NCBI GenBank assembly: GCA_030445245.1
Contig: JAUCSD010000001.1
Coordinates: 500,671-564,670 of the forward strand
DNA: 64,000 nt
Reading direction: 5' to 3'
DNA from: Candidatus Saccharimonadota bacterium
Lineage (GTDB): Bacteria; Patescibacteriota; Saccharimonadia; Saccharimonadales; Saccharimonadaceae
Shown: in pieces, positions 28,420 to 36,576 of the stretch
Layout of the letters: every line of letters begins with the position of its first letter
Numbering within the stretch: the first letter of the stretch is position 1
The notes under the pieces: generated by a model
What the model was told of the DNA's origin: nothing
What the model saw: the letters and a program-made list of their open reading frames with translations, nothing else
The model's database searches: none
Translations under genes and position numbers: made by a program

Positions 28420-28551
28420 ATGGGATTACTATCAATTATTCACAGCATTGGCATTGGACGCTTGTCGCACCGTCAAGCTTCTACGACGGATATTCCTGAG
28501 GAGGTCCAGAAGAGAATCCGCTCCTTCAGGCAAAAACACTTCACTGAATAA
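28420..28551 (+). CDS. conserved 43-aa microprotein (copy 1), below the ORF-track cutoff
   Basis: MGLLSIIHSIGIGRLSHRQASTTDIPEEVQKRIRSFRQKHFTE, with an AGGAGG RBS 11 nt upstream and a terminator downstream. 35/43 aa are identical to 63619..63750, with about 24 synonymous versus 8 non-synonymous codon differences. Confidence 0.65.
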   Translation: MGLLSIIHSIGIGRLSHRQASTTDIPEEVQKRIRSFRQKHFTE

Positions 28552-28561
28552 TATATTGAGT

Positions 28562-28610
28562 AAAAGAGCCGCTTGGTCGTACTGCGAGACAGACCAAGCG
28601 GCTCTTTTTT
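28562..28610 (+). terminator. rho-independent terminator
   Basis: AAAAGAGCCGCTTGGTC...GACCAAGCGGCTCTTTTTT, a 17-bp stem with a T tract. Confidence 0.8.
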
Positions 28611-28967
28611 GATCCGTTGCGTAATCTGGCTAGTCCCGTACTTCCACTGCATAATTTAAACTAATTATTGTTGATGCATGTGCAAATTTATGTCAATATG
28701 AAGTAGTTCTGTCGATGCATAAAAACCGACGCTGGTCTCTCGCCCATAAAACGGTTCGAGATGCCTTCCCCGGACACGCCCTTTACCAGCCTCAACCACA
28801 GCCGACCTCAAGACTCAGTCAATAAGGTGGTGATTCCCTCATGAATGACGAGACTGACGACGTCCTGGAAGTTCTCGCGACGGCATCCTCCTCTTTTCAG
28901 TCGAGAGTCTTGGCCTACTGCTCACTGTTCTGATTGCCGTACTGATGCATGTTGACTTATTCAGCTA

Positions 28968-29372
28968 TTAGGACTTGATTAGATTCACGTCTGAAGGATT
29001 CTTAATTGTGACCATTTTGTAGTCATCAGGATCTTGGTAGCCCATTGAAGTGGTGCGGATAATGACCACCTTATGCTCATACACTTCTTTCAAAATGCAT
29101 GGGTGCCACTTATGGTCGTCTCTATCGAGGTATTCCCATAGACCCGTAAGGAACGCTAGTCCTCTTGCTCGGACAATATTTTCAGCAGCCAATTTCGTCT
29201 CAGTACGTTCAATACTATACCCGAAAATTGTTTGGGCATCCCAACTTTCTTTATCTTGAGAGATGAAGCCGAGTAATTCACCGTCATCTTCCCGATTTAC
29301 TGATATTTTTTTATTACTACTCATTACTACGATAATAGCATTTTTATGGATAGCATATCGAGGTTGATCCAA
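28968..29372 (-). CDS. hypothetical protein (cargo, downstream of the methyltransferase-like gene)
   Basis: 134-aa ORF 8 nt after the upstream stop (alternative start M17). No family recognised. Confidence 0.45.
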   Translation of the reverse strand: MDQPRYAIHKNAIIVVMSSNKKISVNREDDGELLGFISQDKESWDAQTIFGYSIERTETKLAAENIVRARGLAFLTGLWEYLDRDDHKWHPCILKEVYEHKVVIIRTTSMGYQDPDDYKMVTIKNPSDVNLIKS

Positions 29373-29380
29373 TACATATA

Positions 29381-30412
29381 TTATTTTATGTACGACATGG
29401 TCAAGATATAATCTTGGTTCTCGGTCTGATACGTACGCTTCAGGCTGAAATTATTACCATCAAATTGGTTAATTATACTGTCTTTAGTGTGATGTATTCC
29501 CCGCCACAGCAGTATAGTATCACCCTTCTGTATAGAGACATCTCGTTTTTCATTTTTTAGTATAAATTCTATTCTTATCGTTACTCTTAGACGTACTCGA
29601 ATATACCTTTCTCTGATCATGGCATCATAACCCATCTCAACATCATATAAAGTTTCATCAATGTTCAGTAATTCAAATATAAGTTTGTGATTAGGAGAAA
29701 GCTGCATATTATCAGGCATATTAAAATCAAAATATTTCCGATTGACTTCAGTATCGAGCTTATTTACATGGATAGATATGTCATTTGCCGACATACTATC
29801 ATGAATTGCCTTATAGGCTTTATTAGGGTAGCGCATATTTGAAAGAGTACCTCCAAGAAGAAGTATGAGATTGATATCATTAGAGTGTTTGCCTCCGATT
29901 AGACTAGAGAACCCACCCTTTGTAACATCATACTCATAGCCTTCAAAAACTACATCGTCTCCAAACCATGTTCTGATGTTATTTTTTGCCAATTCGAGCA
30001 TAGACGGACTAATATCAAGTGCGATATAGCGGTTGAGCTTACCCGAATTAAGTAGGCTGCTGAGGATATTCCTTACTGGATATGCGTTACCAGAGCCGAC
30101 ATCTATTATGTTTACACTTGAGTAATCATCGAGTAACGAATCAATGTAACTTTCACTTATTCTTAACAGCTCTATGGTACTTCTAAGCGTATTTTCTGCA
30201 TTCTCAATAGCTAAGCGTTTGACATACTCATCCCAACTTTTAGCCCCTTTATCGAAATAATTATATTGACGAGGAACTTCGTGGTGAATTTTAAGATAGT
30301 TAATAATATCACTTATCTGTTCGACACTATATAGACTATATATGTTTTGCTTGGGCGTCAGAACTCTTATTTCATCGGCTTCAGAACATTCACATATACT
30401 TATCTTCTTCAT
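29381..30412 (-). CDS. EgtD-like histidine-specific SAM-dependent methyltransferase-fold protein (Methyltransf_33-like)
   Basis: 343-aa ORF. Order of blocks: IIDVGSGNAYPVRNILSSLL...YIALDISPSMLELA, LLLGGTLSNM, then an extended C-terminal substrate-domain-like half (IRVRLRV...I.KGDTILLWRGIHHTKDSI...F), as in EgtD-type enzymes. Confidence 0.55.
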   Translation of the reverse strand: MKKISICECSEADEIRVLTPKQNIYSLYSVEQISDIINYLKIHHEVPRQYNYFDKGAKSWDEYVKRLAIENAENTLRSTIELLRISESYIDSLLDDYSSVNIIDVGSGNAYPVRNILSSLLNSGKLNRYIALDISPSMLELAKNNIRTWFGDDVVFEGYEYDVTKGGFSSLIGGKHSNDINLILLLGGTLSNMRYPNKAYKAIHDSMSANDISIHVNKLDTEVNRKYFDFNMPDNMQLSPNHKLIFELLNIDETLYDVEMGYDAMIRERYIRVRLRVTIRIEFILKNEKRDVSIQKGDTILLWRGIHHTKDSIINQFDGNNFSLKRTYQTENQDYILTMSYIK

Positions 30413-30572
30413 ACAAATTCCATATTAATACCAGTCATTCAAAATTAAAATATTTTTAAAAAAACACCACTCACTGATATTTTTTACAAACTAAGAAAGT
30501 GCTATGCTTAGGTTAATACGGGCAGAGATGATATAAGAAAGTGAGCTATCTAGCTGTAAAATCAAAGTCTTT

Positions 30573-33254
30573 ATGCAACGACTTATTGACACGCTTATTA
30601 ACGATCCGGCTCGCTACACACACGAGCATAATTTTGCCCCCGGCTGGGCACTTGCATTTGTTATCGGGGCATTGTTGTTCGAGATAGGATTGTTTCGTCT
30701 TCTTATCTACTTACTTATTAAAATCTTCCAATATAGAAAAGCATACTTATCGTTTATATTGAGACGCCTTAGAGCAGATACTAAGGAAGCTAAGTATACA
30801 TTCCTACAACTTACTTTTCCAACTGATGATACAAGATCAGCACACGCAACCGAACAATTGCATATCCTTCTAAGCAGCACGATTGGATATGATGGGTTAT
30901 GGGATCGGTTGACAGCTCCAAAACAACCATACTCACTTGAAATAGCGGCCACAAAGAACGAGGGTATTCGCTATATCATTCGAATACCAGACCAAAAAGT
31001 CGAAACAACGAGACGCACACTACTGGCATTTTTACCTGGACTTAAAATCAGAAAGATAAGCGACTACTTATCGATCATAAACAAAATTGAATGGGGTGTC
31101 GTCGAGTTGAAACTTTCGAGTGATTTCGTCTTGCCACTCGCCGATCGTAAAACGCTTAACGAGCATGACATAATCGCCTACCTTACTGGACATATGCGTA
31201 GTTTGACACAAGAGGAGTTAGTTGCACTCCAAATCGTAGCAGTACCCATACGAGATGATACTCATCCAAATGAACTAAGGCATATACGAGAGATACGACG
31301 CTACCTTAATTTTAATAAAGAAATAACACCAAGACTAACGACATACAAGATTAACATACCACGCCTCCTGCTTCAGGTTGCATTTGGACCACTTAGTCTT
31401 ATCATTTCTGGGGTGAAAATAATTATCTCAATCTTTGTTGGCTTTTCGACTAATATACTAAGAAACGATATTAAAGAGAAGTACACCCGAAATTCTTACG
31501 ATAAAAAACTTGGGCAAACTATAGAAACCAAACTCGATCAACACCTGTTTGAGGTGTGCGTTCGTCTGCTTGTAATATCCCCAAATGCTGAGAGTATTCG
31601 CATTCGGCTCAACGCTCTACAATCATCATTCAATGTGTTTACGACTATCGATCAGTCCATGATAAAACGTAAGAAAAATCTCTTTTCTTCATCTAACCGG
31701 TTGCTCGATCGATTTAATAATCGTGAGCTACTTCTGAACATCTCAACTCAACAGACCATTTTATCCACCGCTGAAATTTCAAATTTCTATCATTTTCCAG
31801 ATCCCAGATTAACAAAAACAGATGGCTTAGTTAAAAGTAGAAGCCGTGAATTAGCAGCACCATTGTCAATAAGGCAAAGTGATACAAAATTAGATGTCGT
31901 TGTAGGTATGAATGTATTTGATGACCAAATACAAGAGATTGGTATAACCCTTGAGCAACGACAGAAACATACGTACATCATTGGGAAAACTGGTACAGGG
32001 AAAACGACGCTACTTAAGAATTCCATCCACCAGGATATGCTCAACAATAAGGGCTTAGCCGTACTTGATCCTCACGGTGATATGTTTCATGAATTGTTAG
32101 ATTGCATACCAGAGAATCGCCGCAAGGACGTGGTCGTGTTCGATCCATCGGATCGCGATTATCCCATCGGCTTGAACATACTTGACCCAGGCATTGGGTT
32201 CGCAAGTAAAGATGAAAAAAATGAATGGATCACCAGTGCCGTATTGTCTATATTCACTAAATTAGCTGACGAAAAACAGTGGGGTCCTCGTATGGAGCAT
32301 ATACTGCGCAACGCTACACTGACCGCGCTTCAGATACCAAAACCGAGTCTATACACGCTGCAACAGCTGCTCACGGATAGAGTATACCAAAAAGAAATTG
32401 CCAAAACGCTAAAAGACCCCGTTCTCAAACAATTTTGGAATAAAGAATTCAAATTAATGGGCAGTATGCAGATGTCAGCTGCCACAGCCCCACTTACAAA
32501 CCGATTAGGTCACTTCATTACATCTAAAATGTCACGGCATATTCTTCTTCAAGAAGAGAGTACAATACGAATTGCCGATATAATAAACGGGGGCAAAATT
32601 CTACTCGTCAATCTATCTAAAGGTGATATCGGAGAAGACCAGAGTGAATTCTTCGGCACGATTTTAACCACACTTATTTGGATGGCCGCTTACCAGCGCA
32701 CCAAGATACCCGAAAAAAAGCGAAGAGACTTCTTTGTCTATGTCGATGAGTTTCAGAATTTTGCAACGCCACAATTTGGGGCTATTACAAGCGAGGGACG
32801 CAAATTCCATGTGTCACTTATCGTGTCTCACCAAAATATTGCACAAATAGAAGACAAGGATTTAATGAAGGTAATCGCCGGAAATGCCGCTACAATCATC
32901 TGCCTAAAGGCTAATCCGGAAGATGAATCATTCATCTTACCTTACATGAGGCCCGAAGTTAGGAAAGGTGACATCGTTAATCTAGCGCCCTATCATTTCT
33001 ACATGAAGACCTCAGGCAATGAAAGTGAAGATGCTTTCTCTGGACAGACAGTGCCCTTTACAACAAAAGAATCGAAAGACGCTGGACGAGAAGTCGTGTT
33101 ACTTAGTCAAAAAAAATACGGAACAACAAAGCATGACATAGAGACCTACATGGATGAGCTTTTTAGATCTGATGAATCAAATAAGTCCAAAGCTACTGTC
33201 TCTGTAGAGAAAAGAGCAAATAGAGGATCACCGAGAGAACTTCACACCGGCTAG
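30573..33254 (+). CDS. type IV secretion coupling-protein-like (VirD4/TraD/TraG-type) DNA-binding ATPase
   Basis: 893-aa ORF with N-terminal TM helices. Walker A IIGKTGTGKTTLLKN followed by AVLDPHGD, Walker B FFVYVDEFQNF, and HVSLIVSHQN. Confidence 0.7.
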   Translation: MQRLIDTLINDPARYTHEHNFAPGWALAFVIGALLFEIGLFRLLIYLLIKIFQYRKAYLSFILRRLRADTKEAKYTFLQLTFPTDDTRSAHATEQLHILLSSTIGYDGLWDRLTAPKQPYSLEIAATKNEGIRYIIRIPDQKVETTRRTLLAFLPGLKIRKISDYLSIINKIEWGVVELKLSSDFVLPLADRKTLNEHDIIAYLTGHMRSLTQEELVALQIVAVPIRDDTHPNELRHIREIRRYLNFNKEITPRLTTYKINIPRLLLQVAFGPLSLIISGVKIIISIFVGFSTNILRNDIKEKYTRNSYDKKLGQTIETKLDQHLFEVCVRLLVISPNAESIRIRLNALQSSFNVFTTIDQSMIKRKKNLFSSSNRLLDRFNNRELLLNISTQQTILSTAEISNFYHFPDPRLTKTDGLVKSRSRELAAPLSIRQSDTKLDVVVGMNVFDDQIQEIGITLEQRQKHTYIIGKTGTGKTTLLKNSIHQDMLNNKGLAVLDPHGDMFHELLDCIPENRRKDVVVFDPSDRDYPIGLNILDPGIGFASKDEKNEWITSAVLSIFTKLADEKQWGPRMEHILRNATLTALQIPKPSLYTLQQLLTDRVYQKEIAKTLKDPVLKQFWNKEFKLMGSMQMSAATAPLTNRLGHFITSKMSRHILLQEESTIRIADIINGGKILLVNLSKGDIGEDQSEFFGTILTTLIWMAAYQRTKIPEKKRRDFFVYVDEFQNFATPQFGAITSEGRKFHVSLIVSHQNIAQIEDKDLMKVIAGNAATIICLKANPEDESFILPYMRPEVRKGDIVNLAPYHFYMKTSGNESEDAFSGQTVPFTTKESKDAGREVVLLSQKKYGTTKHDIETYMDELFRSDESNKSKATVSVEKRANRGSPRELHTG

Positions 33255-33258
33255 CATC

Positions 33259-34062
33259 TTATATTTCTTCCCATATGCGTCCCGTCACACCATACCGTCT
33301 CAACTGATCAATAGTCGTAAAATGAATATATTTCATAGTATCGTCTTGCGGAGTGTCGTCAAGCAAAAAACGCATATATTGCTTCATGTATATGAGCCCT
33401 GCAGTTGTTTGACAAACAATATGTACAATGAACTCTGCACCATTAAACTCTCGCCGCCAATCCTCTTCATATATGTAGCTGGCATAATCTTTAAGACGTT
33501 TTCTTACAACATGCTTAGGTAAGGTACTATCAAATACTTGGATAAGGTAGTTAGTGATCACAAGCTCTTTCCTAGTCTGTGTCTGCTTCTCTACGACGAT
33601 ATCAGGGTTAAGATGCAAGAGCGTAGATGAACCACCTATTGACTTCAGATAGTCAGCCCGCGTCATGAATGTATATTTCAAACTATCCGAGCTGGCATTC
33701 CGCATTTCGAAATGGACCGCGCACTCCACGATCAGTAAGCATATTGCTATGAAGCTATCTCGGCGTGATGACTCCCTGTAACGTTTACGTATTTCATTAG
33801 CTGGGTATTCGTTTATAGATGTCATGAACCGAATGCCATTAATGGCAAGATAGTAGATCGCGGGTTTCGTCTTTTTCTCAAAATCTGTTGAGTAAATCCA
33901 TGCAATATACCCTCCTTCTCTCAAATCTTTTAGCCATGCCCCAACTCGTCTTCTATCCTTGTGGTGCATAAGAACCTCTATCTGTCTACTGTCTGCGAAC
34001 CTATAACGATAGAGGAGTTTAAGTATCTCTTGTTGTTTCTTTGTTATGGATGTTAATTTCAT
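33259..34062 (-). CDS. replication-relaxation family protein
   Basis: 267-aa ORF. N-terminal wHTH-like LT.KQQEILKLLYRYRFADSRQIEVL....R.....LKDLREGGYI is characteristic of the replication-relaxation family. Confidence 0.65.
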   Translation of the reverse strand: MKLTSITKKQQEILKLLYRYRFADSRQIEVLMHHKDRRRVGAWLKDLREGGYIAWIYSTDFEKKTKPAIYYLAINGIRFMTSINEYPANEIRKRYRESSRRDSFIAICLLIVECAVHFEMRNASSDSLKYTFMTRADYLKSIGGSSTLLHLNPDIVVEKQTQTRKELVITNYLIQVFDSTLPKHVVRKRLKDYASYIYEEDWRREFNGAEFIVHIVCQTTAGLIYMKQYMRFLLDDTPQDDTMKYIHFTTIDQLRRYGVTGRIWEEI

Positions 34063-34443
34063 ATGTATCTGACCTGGCGTAAGTATTTGCTATATTATCA
34101 AGTATATTTTTTGATTATTGAACGGGGTAAGGCCTAATTGCCTGATCCCACCTAACCTTTTTATTTATAAGGTAGATGCTACAAAAATTCAACATTATAG
34201 GTGTAAAAGTATAAAAAATCGTCCATGATCTTATGGACAATTTAGAACACTCAAAATTGGAATATATTTGGATCCTTCATATGGGTGGATGCGATTAAAT
34301 CTGTCTTAGACTTACGATATGGTCGATTTTTTCTTCGCGATCTCCATCTTGTATTTTACATACACGGAATTATGTAACACAACTTTATATTACTCATTTT
34401 TAGAATCCTCTACAGGTAGGCTGAATCGTAATCAATACAAGGT

Positions 34444-35127
34444 CTATTGATCAGTGCCGGCACTTCGAAGCGCATCAATCCCGGAATGAACTAACTGTGG
34501 CTCAGTCATAGCCTCAAGGTCGCAGCTCTTTATTGCTACGATTCGACTGACAAGCTCAGGATATTCCTTTTGCATTACGCCAAGAAGCTGGGAAGCCGCA
34601 TTACTCGTGCCCGTACCGTGGCTCAGAATGACCGTACGATCCGCCTTAGCTATCTCTTCAATAACCGTACTGTAGTACTCATTGTCCACTAAGGGACTCG
34701 ACTCATGATAAGGAGCACTTGTTGGATGCGTGTGAAGAATTCGCTCCTTCATTAGATCAGCGCGTATCCTCATACGACGTTCAGATACCGTACCAGGACT
34801 GTGATATATGGTTGCCTCGTGATGATCTATAGCCACGATGGTATCTTTTACAAGGTCGAGATTATCGCTTTCTGGCATAGCACTCGATTGTAGAAAATGA
34901 CGTAGCTTCAATACATCTTCTATATCCACTTCTTTACGATGCGAAATATCAAAGACGATCGTACGGTCGTTACGCGTAAAGTGATAACTCCCATTTTTCT
35001 CGATCTGCAATAATCCAATAGATGATAACGCCGGTATGAGTTCTGACCATTCGATATTACGAGCTATTGGATGAGCCGATAGTTGACTCAATATGTGTAC
35101 ATGTTTTTGTTCTGACATTATAACCAC
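34444..35127 (-). CDS. two-domain protein: HicA-like small N-terminal domain fused to a host-attachment/eRF1-like C-terminal domain (tentative)
   Basis: 227-aa ORF. The N-terminus (AHPIARNIEWSELIPALSSIG...SHRKEVDIEDVLKLRHFL) resembles stand-alone ~80-aa HicA-like proteins. The C-terminus (VAIDHHEATIY...TVILSHGTGTSNAASQL) resembles host-attachment/baeRF-type domains. All from memory. Confidence 0.45.
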   Translation of the reverse strand: MVIMSEQKHVHILSQLSAHPIARNIEWSELIPALSSIGLLQIEKNGSYHFTRNDRTIVFDISHRKEVDIEDVLKLRHFLQSSAMPESDNLDLVKDTIVAIDHHEATIYHSPGTVSERRMRIRADLMKERILHTHPTSAPYHESSPLVDNEYYSTVIEEIAKADRTVILSHGTGTSNAASQLLGVMQKEYPELVSRIVAIKSCDLEAMTEPQLVHSGIDALRSAGTDQ

Positions 35128-35594
35128 TCCACTCTAAGGATTTTCCCTAATTTTTTTATGATTTCGATATGCCCTTCATACTAGGCTTAGTACTTTCGCT
35201 TATAGTCTTAGTATACTCTCCCTTATTCCCAGTGCGAAAAAGCACCGAGTATACCGAACTGAAGCAAAATAAGAGTTATTGAACCTTAAACATCCAGACA
35301 TCAAGAGGAGAAACATCACACCAATGTTACAACTCAAGCAGAATAACGGGAAAGGATGTAAAATAAATGAAGAGGAGGAACGTACCATGACTAACTTAAT
35401 TGATCACGAGCCTTCACAACATCCACATGGAACCGTTCAAACAACAAAAGAACAAGCAGACGCGGAAGAAAGTTAAGTAACATATTAAAACACGCATAGG
35501 CCGACGAGGTACGTTACGGATTAAGATACCTAAAAAGTATCGACTTCTTTTAGGTCTCACTATTGGTCTATGTATCGTCGCAACCTTTGGCTGG

Positions 35595-36416
35595 GTGATG
35601 CACAATTTTACACAAACCATCACACTCCAAACACTCTCGGAAGCCCAAAAAGATATATTTTATTGCAAATCAAATAATATCTCCCAGACCCTCGATTTTT
35701 ATTATCCTAAAGACAAGCCCGTTGAAGCTGTCCCAATTCTTATTTATATTCACGGAGGAGGCTGGCGAAGTGGCAATAAGAATAACATGCTGATATCTAC
35801 ATACGGGCCACTATTCATAAAGCATGGTATCGCAGTAGCCTCAATCAACTATCGTCTGACGCCTCCCAAGCCCTATCCGGACCAAAATAATGACGTAGCC
35901 TGTGCATTGTCCTATCTTGCTAAAAACGCTGATCGCCTGAAAATTAATGTCAATAAATCAATTTTCTTTGGTGATAGTGCTGGTGGTCAACTCGCTGCAT
36001 TTGCTGCGCTCAATATTCCTTATAAAAATTACGACTATGAGACACCGGTCGGAGTCATTGATTTTTATGGTGTATCAGATTTTTCAAAAATTATAGAGGG
36101 ATCTCATCCTGACTTTAATGCCCGTCGTTATTTAGGGTCGAAATACAACCAATCCGTAACATCCGCTAGCCCTACGACCTACGTGACTAAGAAGGCGCCT
36201 CGCTTCTTGTTCGTACATGGCACTAAAGACCGTGTCGTACCCATATCGCAATCCAAAATGCTCTATGATCTTTTAACACATTCGGGAATTGATACTGAAT
36301 ATGTCACCATCCCAGGAGCAGGTCATGGTTTTGTCGGGCCAGAATTATCTTCGGATAACTACAAAGCTATCCAAGATAGTATCACTTCCTTTTTACAGGA
36401 AACGATTCAGAGATAG
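35595..36416 (+). CDS. alpha/beta hydrolase (esterase/lipase, HGGG-type)
   Basis: IYIHGGGW oxyanion motif, GDSAGG nucleophile elbow, and C-terminal D and H (VHGTKDRVV, GAGHGF). True start uncertain: an in-frame signal-anchor lies upstream of the first canonical start (see findings). Confidence 0.75.
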   Translation: MMHNFTQTITLQTLSEAQKDIFYCKSNNISQTLDFYYPKDKPVEAVPILIYIHGGGWRSGNKNNMLISTYGPLFIKHGIAVASINYRLTPPKPYPDQNNDVACALSYLAKNADRLKINVNKSIFFGDSAGGQLAAFAALNIPYKNYDYETPVGVIDFYGVSDFSKIIEGSHPDFNARRYLGSKYNQSVTSASPTTYVTKKAPRFLFVHGTKDRVVPISQSKMLYDLLTHSGIDTEYVTIPGAGHGFVGPELSSDNYKAIQDSITSFLQETIQR

Positions 36417-36576
36417 TACAACACTCTACTACGTACATTGAGTATAAGAAGATAGTGGATATATGTTTATATATTAGATCATATATTGATATTATTAGAT
36501 AAATGTGTTATAAGTAATACTATAAGTTAAAGTTTGCCTCTCTGGCAAATATATTTAGGAAGAAGTGTTAATTAGT

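Larger units (their letters stand above)
28960..34100. mobile_element. AT-rich plasmid-like / mobilisable insert (coupling-protein-like ATPase + replication-relaxation protein + cargo); boundaries approximate
   Basis: Visibly lower G+C than the flanks. Contains a VirD4/TraD-like ATPase and a replication-relaxation family gene. No integrase or flanking direct repeat was identified. Confidence 0.45.
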
